From Chlorokybus atmophyticus (Eukaryota > Plantae > Mesostigma and Chlorokybus algae), in NCBI GenBank assembly GCA_009103225.1, contig RHPI01001715.1:1020011-1084010 (forward strand): DNA of 64,000 nt. Direction: 5' to 3'. The position numbers were made by a program, and so were the translations under genes. The notes below the pieces were generated by a model that did no database searches, was not told the DNA's origin, and saw nothing but the letters and a program-made list of their open reading frames with translations. Position 1 is the stretch's first letter, and the number at the start of each line of letters is the position of its first letter. Below, piece by piece: positions 38,694 to 50,734 of this stretch.

Positions 38694-39149
38694 CAGTCCA
38701 CCCCCGCTAAAAGACTTTGCTCCAAGAGAATAACCCCACTTGCAGCATACGTTTTGAGATCACCAACGATTCTACAGGGTAATGTCAGTGCTTAAGAGAA
38801 TATGACTAACCGCGAAGAGCATATTATTTTTCATAACATTTTTGCAAATGTCAGTGCGTATTCTTAACACTGAGGGAGTAGCGCGTGACGGGTGTGTCAT
38901 CAGGCGTAATTAATGTGATAGACAAGGCGTGATGGGTACAGTGTCATGCGTAATTAGCGTCATGAGCGTGATGGCATAATACGTGACATAATGCGGGTGA
39001 TGTAATGGGCGTGATGGGCTGCTTTATAGCATACAAATGCTCTTAATGTTTAAGAGCATATTATGCTCTTTTTAACGCCAAGAGCATAACCCCGCCAGGA
39101 GCAAACTATCTTTGAAAACAAACAGCCTGTTCTTGAAAGGGGTAGACTG
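38694..39149. mobile_element. MITE-like element, 456 bp, TA-flanked
   Basis: TA|CAGTCCACCCCCG ... GGGGTAGACTG|TA; Tc1/mariner-type termini. Confidence 0.7.
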
Positions 39150-39203
39150 TACAATAAATGTTTTTATGTAATTAAGTACGTACCACTATGTACCTTAACT
39201 GTA

Positions 39204-39660
39204 CAGTCTACCTCGCTATAAAAACCACGTGTATCTTTCATTTTATCAACGGGGTTATTTTCTTGACGTTTACAATAATATATTCTGTTTTATTTTTTAC
39301 ATAATATATATTTTACTAACAGGGGTATTGCAAAGTAACCGTAAGCCACGCCATTATGTTTTAACGTGGCATGAATTAAATTAATAATAGTCAATAATAA
39401 AATAATGTTGTACGTACCTATATATGAGTCTTGTAAAATGTGTATGCTTATAATTTTTTAAATAACATGCCGTTAACGAGGTATTCCCCCGTAACAAGAC
39501 TGAGCTCACACAAAATTCTAACCCTTCGTTGTAGTCTTATAGCGCACAAAACTACTCCCCTATCGATGATATTGGCCTGTACAAGCATTGGATTTTTGCA
39601 AATCTATGATCTCAACGGGTTTATTTTCATAAACCGAAGTCTTTTAACGGGGGTAGACTA
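39204..39660. mobile_element. MITE-like element, 457 bp, TA-flanked
   Basis: TA|CAGTCTACCTCG ... CGGGGGTAGACTA|TA. Confidence 0.7.
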
Positions 39661-39662
39661 TA

Positions 39663-39797
39663 TAGTTTACCTTTTTGTAAAAGCATACTGTTATCCTCAA
39701 AAACCGTATGCTCTTGGCGACTAAGAGCATAATATGCTCTTGAACGTTAAGAGCATATATATGCTATAAGCGCAGATTCATTACGCCCTTCACGCCT
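39663..39797 (-). mobile_element. Truncated inverted copy related to the 38694-39149 MITE
   Basis: 39706-39788 is an imperfect reverse complement of 39007-39090; degenerate terminus TAGTTTACC after TA. Confidence 0.55.
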
Positions 39798-41707
39798 ATT
39801 GGTCGGGCCGGGCTGTCGGCATTCAACCACGTACATCCCGCGCTATGGCCATCACACGGCACCCGCGACTGCCGGGCTGCGCGGCAGTATGTGCGGCCCG
39901 CCTGCTTCTCATTGGCTAGGCGGCGAGAACAAGCGTTACACCGTTAGATCTACCTAAACACGATCCTGGCCGTCCAAAGCACATCCAATTGTTTAAGCGC
40001 ATGCCAATAAATGTAAAAATAAGCACAATTCTGCATACGTGGCCGCTTATGGCTGCATGTTGATAAATTTAATGTGTTACATTAATGATATTGATAAACA
40101 TGCTGCAATATGGTGCAATATAATGCCATATGATTAGCAAATGCTGTTAAGTGTTTCAAAACTTAATAATCAATGTAACGTTCACGCTACGGTACGTGCT
40201 GCAATACTTAGTAACTAATGCCGAGATTACGACCGTCAATATAATGCTAACCTGAATTACCTTAACGTTAAGATTGAACTTAACGAAAAATTGCATCGTT
40301 AGGCCACCATTTGGTCACGCATGAGATTGATCAAATGGGATCGCAACGGTGACAACAGCCAGTTGCTCAAAAAGGCAGCGAAATGGCCAATCATTGCAAA
40401 GATGCTTAAAAGATGCTGAAAAATATCTCAGCGGCAACCGCTTACCAACGGCGACCCAAAGTTGCTAGGGATTTGGTGCAATAGCGGCACAATTAGTGGT
40501 TAAAACGGCCGCATTTTTGGCGGTACGAGGTCGGGGCAGGCCCCATACCCCAAACACATGCCGCCACTACTCACCCTCGTTCTAACTGATCCACTCTACC
40601 CTTTAACGCTAATTGATTACACGCTATAGTTACTGCGTCATCAAACATGGTCAACAGCCGAATGATCACTTCAAAAGTGCCATCATTGATGGGTCGCGAC
40701 TTGTCTAATAACAGTCGCGCCAAATTGATCAGTCAAGTCGGCGCGGTATGATGCGACCCGTGGGACCGGCGACGATAAATGTGGCGCGCATTGGCCTGTA
40801 AAAACCCGGCCTTGGCAGTGGGCCGCCAGTGACCGACCCTACTCAGACCCCCAAGAATATTCCTCAGTTGAACAGGGCAGCCGCCGAGGACGTTAGCGTT
40901 CTTAAGTGGGGGGAATGTAACGGGAAGGCATACATTGTATGAACACACAAATCGACCATAAAACCACCGAGTCTTGTATGGTCGAGTGAGTTGTGACGTA
41001 TATAGACTCGATCAACAGCAACAACACAACATACCAAAACTTGGTGACATGTTGCGTTGCGCTGACGATAACTTAGCATGAAACTTCCTTGTGAACTTTG
41101 GTATACTATTGCGTCACTTTATAAGTTTCTGCAAAGTTCGAAAACACCCTACACATTACTTTGTCATAAGTCAACAACGTTACCGAGAAAAACAATTGGT
41201 GACTTCAAGTACATGTAAAACTTTGTGGTAGCCGGCCTTAAGTGACATTTTGCCGCCTCAATGCCGGTCCAGTTGAAGGTATGCCCCAACAACCCAGATG
41301 ATACATGCAAAGTGCGGGTATTGAGGCTCTCCATAAATTTCCGTACGTTGGTGTGCAGGTATGACTGAGCAGTGCTGTTACCACAGACCAACGTGGCAAC
41401 GAGTGGGCTGGTTGCTTGGCTGCTGAGTCTGCACGCCTGGGAGGAGGGGGAGGGAGGGGGAAATAGGAGGAGAGAGAGAGAGCGAGCGAGAGAGAGAGAG
41501 AGAGAGAGTTGACCTTGAACCGCCGCTGCTGCCGCTATTGCCGCCGCTAACTACGTACCACATGTATATGACTGGCCTACTCGGCCAGCTCGATTTAAGA
41601 TCCCCACTGCAATACACTTCATTCAAATGTCCGGACTTGGGTTTTGTATTTGTCGCTACTGTTGTGGTAGTGTTGTCACCGTGGTTGCCGCCGTTGCTGG
41701 CCCCAGA

Positions 41708-41902
41708 ATGCTGCGCCGGCCGCCCACTCGCATTGAGCTGAAGGCGGAGGACTAGCGGAAGATGGAAGAGGTCATAGCGTTCGCGGCGGCTGTAGCTGCT
41801 GCGGCCGCTCAGGGGGCTATCCTGCAACAGCACAGAGCGGCATTGCCTCCTCCGCCTCACAAGCCGTCTGCAGCGTCCCGCATGGGCTACCACCAGCAAT
41901 GA
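41708..41902 (+). pseudogene. CDC26: APC/C subunit CDC26 (APC12)-like ORF, 64 codons, with in-frame TAG at codon 16
   Basis: MLRRPPTRIELKAED*RKMEEV matches the CDC26 N-terminal signature MLRRKPTRxELKxED. C-terminus HKPSAASRMGY resembles the plant CDC26 tail. TAG at 41753-41755. Missed by the ORF track. Confidence 0.8.
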
Positions 41903-43212
41903 CGCAGTGGTTTCTTAACAAAGCTGCGCAAGTGTCTAAATTATGTCATGCATGCACACCATGACATCATCAAGACTTGCTCGTTGTGTCTCATAAAACG
42001 CATCAAGAAAGGTGTGCTCCTTTTTTTTCTCTTCCCCAATTCCTCTTGACGCTTGCATGAATGCTGGGACGTGCATAGCATACATTGGTTAAACCTCAAG
42101 CGCATTCTGTTGCACTGTTGCAGGTTGCCGTTTGGACACAAGCAGTATGCTTGAAGCCACACAACTCCTCGGTTAGGACGAGAAGGCAATGATAATGGTT
42201 TGATATCAGTGCCGTCACCTCATTGTGCACGTGCTCGCGCAAAGTAACACTCAACACGATGCCGTTATTGACGAGGCAAACCCACAACATTCATAACTCA
42301 ACCTGTGTGTATACGGGGTGCTGCATCACACATGCTAACATATATGCGCACTCGGTTGCTGCACATGCTACGGTCACATGCACACGCACAAAGCATTCAC
42401 CAATATAATAATATGTACACCACCACCGCCAGGCTATGTGCTCTACCTACTCAATCTAGCTACCCTCCACATGCACAGCCCCAAACAAGCACATAGCCAT
42501 TGGCATACCTGCCCACATGGGCCGGGGTTGGTTGTATCCCTGATATGCACGTAACAAGGTCTTGTTGAGTGCATGCGTTTGTGATTGGCTTTCTGAGGTG
42601 ATATGCGTTGCATCCACGACTGTTCAGCCCATACGGGTAATGCCACAGGTTTGAATAGCTGGCCTCGGTTGTTGTTCAAGCACCCAGTGAGGCCAATGCA
42701 TGCGCGGGGCAACGGGTTGCTAGCAAAACACGTGCACGTCTAATTCTAGGCAAGCATTTACTTGCAATTAGATGTGACAAGGCTTACCATGTATGACAGT
42801 GTATAGAAAATGCAAGAGGGGTATGTGTGTTGCAACGCAAATATACTGGCACTGCTAACCAGCAAACATCTAGCCTGTGTGCAACTGCGAAACAAACGCC
42901 GCATATGTGTATACTGTCGCTGTACCTTGTTGATCCGTCACGAAGTTGCACTTGCTGAAACTTCCGTAGCAGTCTTATATTGTACCTTGCTCCGTCCTTA
43001 CATATTAGCCCCCCCNNNNNNNNNNNNNNNCCGGGCTACGTATTATATTACTTGCAGTACGCATAAAGCGCCAGCGCTTGCGTGTGTTGTGGCTACGCGG
43101 CTGTATGTCCTACACTGCAGCTTCATGCTGAGCTCATATAGCTTATGTATGACCAAAAATGGTTACCTGCTATACAACTACGTGCCTACAAAGACCTTGT
43201 TCAACACCTTTA

Positions 43213-44660
43213 TCATGCCAGTTCACCCTCTGGAGTTGTGCGTGGTTCGGTTTCAATGGCGAGCCCCGCCCACGCAACCTTCTCTTCAGCGTTTAGCACA
43301 GCAGTCAGCATGCTGGCATTGGACTCATCAATCAAAAACTCCACCAAATGCTCGCACTGTTTATCTTGCGTGAGCTGGACATTCTGCACGGGACCGCATA
43401 GCTGCACATGATGAGAAAGACTCAGCTTGTGGAGACGGTTGAGTAACGCTTATGCGTACAAGCTTTCAAGGCACCTGTGAAGTAATTCGCAACACGTCCG
43501 GCAGCGCTCTAATGTCCAAAATGCACACGCGAAACACGACACCCATGACGTTCGCTTTTGTAAGAATGGATTTCAGTGGCACCTCAAACAGCCTCAAACA
43601 AATTAAAATCACCAGCATGATGCCTGCAAGCGAGAAGGAGGCGACATGAGCATCAAGCAGCTCACCACAACAGCTGTGAATTTGTCAAGTGTAAACAACA
43701 TACCTGCGGCAACAGTAGCAAGCAAAAGCTCGCCAGCTCCGCAAGCAAGGCCTAAACTTGCTGTGGCCCAGAGCGAAGCAGCTGTCGTGAGGCCTCGCAC
43801 ATGGTTGCCGTCCTTAAGAATGACACCGCCGCCGAGGAAGCCAATGCCAGAGACAATCTGTGCGGGAATGCGGTCCGACGGGGGGCCTCCCGGTCCTGTC
43901 TGGTACGCTGCACACACACACCTGAGGTGAAATACTGTGACAATGGCAGGTGGCAGTAAAACGGCTCTCAGTTTAGTGAGTAGGCAAGTGCGCTTGCCTG
44001 CGGCAGCTGCGACTGTAAAGATGGCGGAGCCGATGCCCACGAGTGCGTGCGTGCGCAGGCCGGCAGTGAAGCTGGACTTGCGCCGTGCGTGCACCTCGCG
44101 CTCCAGGCCAATGGCACCTGCGCAAAGCTAAAGAGTGAGGTTGTGCTTACATCTACTAGTTGCACACCTGTGACTATAAGTTGTGCTGAAGGCATCATAT
44201 AATTGTCGGTTCGACATCCAGCATGGCCCTTGTGTGCAGAGATAGTGTGGGTGCAGCAAGACAAACCAAGCATGACAGTTGCATAAGTGCTACCATATCA
44301 CAACAACCATACAACAACGGAGTCAGTTGTGCGGCTTTACGTTGCAACTGCTTTGTAGGCAAGCAGCTGCCATGAGAAGCGAGGTCCAGCGTGCTCTTGA
44401 TACATCAACTGCCAATTGTCACAACAAAGTATAACAACTGGCAACAGACTATGCGCAAAATCCATCATAGCTGAGCTGTAAAACATACTGAAACGGTGAA
44501 TTGCCATGCTAGAAGCCAAGACGACATCCCACACTCAGGCACACACAACCGAGCGAGTGCATGCAGCATGAGCAACGCATGCAGCGGCAGCAGCCTCACC
44601 AGAACACGCTGTTGCCACCAGCAGCCTGCTCAGCCACTGCCAGACTGTAAGATACGCCAT
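43213..44660 (-). CDS. mgtC: MgtC/SapB-family membrane protein with putative C-terminal ACT-like domain, 5 exons
   Basis: Exons 44660-44600, about 44118-43998, 43907-43704, 43623-about 43475 and about 43400-43213. Signature RLLVATACSGAIGLERE..AGLRTHALVGIGSAIFT..DRIPAQIVSGIGFLGGGVIL..VRGLTTAASLWATASLGLACGAG. Confidence 0.9.
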
Positions 44661-45055
44661 TTCAACGGCGGCGGCAATGCAGAGATCCGCTCACTAGCTT
44701 GCTGCTGTCATCACAGAGCCACACCCAGCACGCCAAGCAAGTTCTAGCTCAAACCAAACCAAAAGCAGCAAGCAAGCAGCAAAGCAAGCAGCGACGCAAG
44801 CAGTCAAGCAAGCCTACACAATGTAAGCTCCGAAGCCAAGCAGCTAAGCAGCTACAAGCGTGCAACAATCGCGGTTGTTGCAAGCACACGGCGCCTGACG
44901 CAACGACATCAGGTATCTTTGCGGGAATATAAGGCATCCGGCACGCTGGATATCGGGAAATTTATCGAAACGGTTGTGTATATCGCAGGGGGACTGCTAT
45001 ACTTGCTGCTGGGCTGCTTTAGGTGCCGTTGGCAGAGGCGGCGGTGGTGGAGGGT

Positions 45056-48000
45056 ATGACAGCGGCGGCCGTGGGAAAGATATCGCTGTCGTTGGATGGA
45101 AGTGACCAGCGTGCAGCGAAACAGGTGCGCGGAAGTTGAGTTTTCGATATGTCTGCGTCTGCTTCACCGCATGTGGCGTAAGCCATGCATGTTTAGCTGT
45201 TGGTCAGCCAAGCATGCAAGTTGAATTGAATGTCAAAGTTTCAAGCAAGCAATCAGATATAATTGCTGCCGTCACTGTTGCTGAAGTTATGTCAGTTTTG
45301 CCACAACATCTTTACTACCAGGCTTTGCTGCAAGCAAGGAGTTTGGAGCTGTCATATGCGCTGAGCGAAGATGATGATGCTCGACTCCCATCCGGTGTTC
45401 TTGAAACCGCTCGCATTGTTTGTTTGACAGAGGTAAGGCAAGCAAAGCGTTTGGTGGTGACTTACCATTCACTGATCATCATTGCATGAATGTGTGTGCC
45501 TGTTGCTTGCTGTTTGTTTTAGCTGCTTCTGCTTCGGGGGTTTCAGGACGAGCTTTACTTCCACGAAGATGAGCCTCGCGGCGTAGTGGCGAGTCCACGC
45601 AATGAGGCACGAGCACTCGCCACTGTGCTGGCCGCATTGCAAGCCATGCCAGCTCACACTCCCGGTAAGGAACCAGCCAATGCTGTTCGTTCTGCGACCT
45701 ACTAGTGGTACTTGGCACCTTGCTTCCGTGCATGCGTGCGTTGTGTTAACACTAAACAACAGCAGCTTTATTTCAAAGTTTGCGCATCTGCTTACTTGCC
45801 CGCAAACTTACGTGCTTGCAAGCATCGCGCCTAAGACTTTCTGGCTGCAGGTCGTGCGAGCGCGTTGAAACATGTGATACAGTTGTGCAATGATTATGGC
45901 AAGAGCTCCGCAGCACCGCAGACTGATGGTGAGACTGAGATTCCAGAGGGCAATGCGATGTTTGCTTGGGCAAAGTCAGAGGGCGTCCAGTGCAGAGTGC
46001 GGCAAGCAGGTGGCTGGAACAGACGCGCATGTTGCACTTTGATATTATTGTTGTTTATTAAGCTTGACTCAACATACACTTGGCTATGCGTCGCTTCAGA
46101 GAGGCAGCCAATAGTTCCATTGCTGTCGTTGCAGTTTTGCATGGGACAGCTCGTGGTGCAGTTGCTGCAAACGACATAGAAGCTGGAGAAGAAGCTGTCA
46201 GCGTGCCACAACATTTATTGATGTCCTACAAAACAGCACTGCAGTCTGACGAGGTAATGTCGCACATGCCGTGCTTGATTACATGTTGGTATCAGCCCCC
46301 ATGTAAACCATGCACGTGCAATTGGCACAGGGTTCTGTCTATAAAGTGTTGATGCAACATCATGAGCTCGATGGCGACACTATCGCTCTTCTGTGGACGA
46401 TTCGTGAACGCACGCGACCAGTCTCGAAGTTCAGAGAGTTTTTCAACTGGTTGCCCGCAACGTTTCTGACAGGTCAGTTGGCTCGTTGCATTTGTGGCCC
46501 AGTGTGGAGATCCTCACCGATTATCATCCATTTATATTTCACAATGCACAATGTATGCATACATGCAAATATCTGTGTGCAAATTTCTGCTGGCAGATGC
46601 ATGTAGTTCCATCATGGCATCCAGCTTGTTGGTGGATGTGTTGACAACAGCACGGAGGCAACCAGCATGATTTGTATCGCTTGACTGCAGGGCTCAGCTG
46701 CAGCGACTCAGCAGTGCAGTGTCTGGAGGGCACTCCCTTGCAGGCAGAAGTTCTTGAGGCGCAGCAGGTCTGAGGCTCGCTGCACGCAACAATTCATGTT
46801 TGACTTTATTCACTAATCTTTGAAGTGTACTGGCTTCAACATGTCAATGTTAAGGCTATGCATTTGGCACGCGCAGAGATGCTGATGGTTGGCACAACTG
46901 ACTTGCTGTGGTGTCTCTTTCGCCCAGCACTTGCGAAACACTTACAACCAGCTGCTGCCTGCTTTGAATGAGCTGTATCCGGAGACTTTCAGCCCGCAAG
47001 TGTACAGCTGGGAGGCGTACCTGTGGGCTGCGCAACTTTGGTATGCTTATGGCATGCAGGTGACTCGCAGCAACACTTCAGTATCTCCCTGCATTTGAGT
47101 TTGAGAAAAATGCAAATGATATTTGTATATGTATATATTTTTCGCAACAGGTTGAGTTGCCTGATGGGGAGAAGCTGGTTTGCTTGGTACCGGTGGCCTC
47201 TCTTTTCAACCATGCGGTAACAGCGCGCTTGTTGCATTCATGCTTCATCTTTTGTGCGATGCGCTCTGATAGCGTGTGTGTTTCCACTCGACAGCTACAT
47301 CCCCACATCATAAACTACTCCAAGCTGGACCCTGTGACAGACTGTTTGAACTTCCCAGTGTTCCGACGCTGTTGTCAAGAAGAAGAGGTGTTTCTGTTTT
47401 ACGGCGCCCTGCCGGCCGAGAAGCTGCTTCTCTTCTACGGCTTTCTTCCCGCCGAGCCCAACCCCTTTGACAACTACCCTGTCGGCAAGCACGCACCAGT
47501 AACTTCTGTGACAACACAGCTTTGCATGTTGACATAAGCGTAGCTGGATGCTATCATGTTTCTCATGGCGTCATGCAATTACAGAGTTGGAGCTGCCTGA
47601 TGATGATGATTTGATCAACCTGAAGATACAGTTACTCAGCAAGCATGGGTTGACCCTGCAACACCAGCTCAGAAGGTAGGTGCATCACGTCCAGTCTGCC
47701 ACAGTTATATCATTCAACACGTTGCCATCGGTCAAGTAAAGTGACCGTTGTGCCACATGACAGAGGGAAGCGTATAACCTCCAAATTGCTGGCGTCTCTG
47801 AGAGTTGCATTGCTTGCCGAAGACGATGCCCACGTTGCTGCACAAGCCGACTTCAACCCTGGGCATCAGGCAAGTCATGCTTACTTGCTCCAACACATGC
47901 TGAGTTGTTGTTGCGCATGAGAAATTATGCTCCAAGCAGTTGCTTTGCATGCAGTATTTATGACAATCAGGCACAGCGTGCATGTTGTGACAAGCACAAA

Positions 48001-48304
48001 ATCACAGGTCAGCAAAGAGAACGAACAATCGGTTTTCGGCACGCTGCGCAGTATAGTTGAAAGCCTGCTGCAACCAATCGTAGACTCTCAACCTGAGGCT
48101 GAGGCCATCAGGTAAGGCGGCTGTCAACTTTGGTACCTTTATTTGTGAGTTCAGCAATCAATTTGTTCTAATTGTCTTGTGGTGTACAGCGCGTATTCGA
48201 CAGGGGACAGGATGGTTGAGGCAGCAATGAAGTATCGACAGGAGCAGCACGTCTTCTTGGAGTCTGTTATGAAAGATCTGTGTGATCAGATGCCATCAAG
48301 GTGA
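45056..48304 (+). CDS. SET-domain lysine methyltransferase, Rubisco-LSMT-like family, multi-exon
   Basis: ARGAVAANDIEAGEEAVSVPQHLLMS; SWEAYLWAAQLWYAY; LVPVASLFNH; EEVFLFYGALPAEKLLLFYGF; LSMT substrate-binding-like C-terminus (LLASLRVALL); TGA at 48302-48304. Confidence 0.85.
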
Positions 48305-48978
48305 TATGTCGGCGGTATGTTTGACAACACCAGCGCATGAGAAAAGTCAGGTGTCGCGAATTCAGACATGCGCAGTGCTTGAAGGTGCAGTGTGGGCTAG
48401 CATGTATCCTGATGCCATGCAGGATTAGATTTTTCTTTTGTGAAGCATGACGGCAGCTTGATCGCTGCGGTGTCCTCGTATACAAAGATTTGCTAGGTTG
48501 CGTACCTGCCGGTTGCAAATTCAATCGCAGATGTTCTTTACAAATCAGTGACAGTTGTGCAGGGTGTCATTGCTGGTCTAACATGGACGTAGCGTCAATG
48601 TGTGGTGTAAAGGATATGCGGAGTGCTGTGCTTACGACCATCTGTGAGCAATCATCAACACCAATCGGAATCATGGCTTTTCGAACTTGACAACTGAGGT
48701 GCTGGTTGACGGGCTTGTTCTATACAAGAGCATGTCAGCCAACCTTGTGTTGGGCCGGGACAGAAGTCCACAGCCAATCAGAACCAATGCATATGTAGGG
48801 GTTACTGCAGGTATGTAGGGGTTTATGCAGGGAACATTTGCATAGCACAAAAATAGTAATGAGGTTCTTAACTAAATGCTGACAAAAACAACAATTCTAC
48901 TACAGCGTACACATGTGTCTGGCTATGTACCAGTGACCATGCCTACACCAGTAACACATCACACACAATCCTTGCATA

Positions 48979-49255
48979 CTATATTATACATGATGCAGCT
49001 TGCAGCTTCTGTACACTTTGACCAGATGCGGCGACCATGACGGCGGCGCCACGCTCCGGCAGCTCCTGAGCACGCTGTAATGGGCCTGCCACCCTTTGCC
49101 GGAAAAATGGTAGGAAGCATGGCAGCCTGCACGCAGGCAAGTCACATGCCAGCGCCCTGTGCTGGTAGAAGTCGATGATGTCGTGGAAGGCCCGGCCCAG
49201 CGTCCCGCGCGTCTCCGTGGCGAGGGGATGAAAGGTGTCAATGGCGGGATGGACT
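48979..49255 (-). mobile_element. Possible 3'-end remnant of an RLE-type (CRE-like) non-LTR retrotransposon
   Basis: Frame reads DTFHPLATETRGTLGRAFHDII...FFRQRVAGPLQRAQ, matching the F.P.A.ET.G.LG ... F.QR.S..LQR pattern at the C-terminus of RLE ORFs. Confidence 0.5.
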
Positions 49256-50734
49256 ACAAGGTGCAGTTATTCATAAAAGTTCCTCAACGACTATGCATTG
49301 CTCATCACAATCATTCGTGCATCCGTAAATGCCACTCATGAATGGCCTTGCACACGACCAATATGGTTCGACCGTATAGCTCACCACGAGTCATGGTGAG
49401 ATTGTGTATATACCGGCTCACCTTGAGAGATTGCTCTCTCACGCGTGCGCGCTCTCCCTCGCTCTCGCTCTTTGCGAGTAACTATTGCCGCACACGCGCG
49501 CAGTACGAGCTGTACACACACTTGCATTTGAGCTGCAAATATCTAAAGGGAGTTTGTGCCTCGACAACTACAGTAACAGCGTGCTGAAGAGTTCAAAGCC
49601 TTTGGCTCCTGAGGATGGGGCAGCATCTCTTTCTCTGTCGCACGCGTGCGGTCAAAGGTCCAATTGCATGCGATCTGTAATCATCTGTATCGACTTGGGA
49701 ATCACGGACGTCCTCAACTTGCGCTTGGTCGCCATTGGTCACGAGTGTCCTGTCCGTACTGCAGCGGCACTTGCACAAGTATCATGTATGCCAATGTGGA
49801 GCAAGCAACTGAGAGACACGTTTGGATTGCACACACCTGCTCTTGTACGGCAAGGGCCAGAAGCAGAAGCACTGCTTGTTGGTTGAGCTACAGCTGTTCC
49901 CATCTATAGCTTCACAACGGGGGGCAGCGCTCAGCAGTGCCGAGGCAACGCTGCATCACGTAGCTAAGTGCAACTTTGACAACTCTGGCCTTGTAGTCCA
50001 GCTGTCACACATAGACAGTACAGTTTGTTTGTAACAGCCATCAGTAGCTGCCTATGGCCAAACCTTGCAAGAACCTGCAACGACACGGTTGCTTGTACTT
50101 GTTCCCCTTATCGATCCCATAAAGAGCACGCAATCTCGTTCGACAAATGCAATTGAGATTGCTGCAGAAAGCTTGCGCAAAAAACTGACGGATGGTGCCA
50201 CACATCAGAAACTGCTGCCTCCTACACTATGCTATGCTACAATGTCCATGTACTATATTCGCTAAATAAGTTGTACTGCGGCAGGATGAGGGCGGTGGGT
50301 GTTCAGCGTGTGTAAATTTGCCAAGTTGCACATCTAGCAAGCGCAGAGGATGGGTTGAACGTACAAGTGTACATGGTTTGTGCAGTGGTTGTATCACACA
50401 AGAAGTTTAGCCAGCTATGTGCTATGGCCCCAGCTTGCATGGCACATGTTGCACTACCACTGACGACAATAAACAGAGTAGGGTACGCCCGTAATCTTCC
50501 ACCGTCAGACGAATCGGGGATGTTATGTTTGCAGCAGGCTATTGCGGTGGCCTTAGCACCCAACCATGGATGCGCTTCTCAAGTCCTCTTTACGGTTGTG
50601 TTAGGAGGAAACAGCGCAGACATCATCGGTACGCTGCATCCGGCGAAAATATTAATGCATGCATGTGTGCTTGCATGGTGTGTGTTTTGTGTCACAAAGA
50701 GCTAACGCTTGCCCTAGTTATGTATAAATATCTC

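Larger units (their letters stand above)
38197..40998 (+). mobile_element. Element D: non-coding LTR retroelement derivative with ~80-bp LTRs (TRIM/LARD-like)
   Basis: Similar repeats 38197-38274 (TGTAA..GTGACA) and 40916-40998 (TGTAA..GTGACG). TGG start after the 5' repeat. PPT AAGTGGGGGGAA at 40904-40915. Flanks CATAT / TATAT (4/5 TSD match). No gag/pol found inside. Confidence 0.72.

Noticed and set aside
41378-41899. 173-aa minus-strand ORF
   Set aside because: Antisense to the CDC26-like ORF and a GA microsatellite; no recognisable domain.
50050-50230. Minus-strand NLNCICRTRLRALYGIDKGNKYKQPCRC resembling the second half of a lipid-transfer 8-Cys motif
   Set aside because: Frame is under 60 codons and bounded by stops; no CC pair, signal peptide or linked exon could be built.
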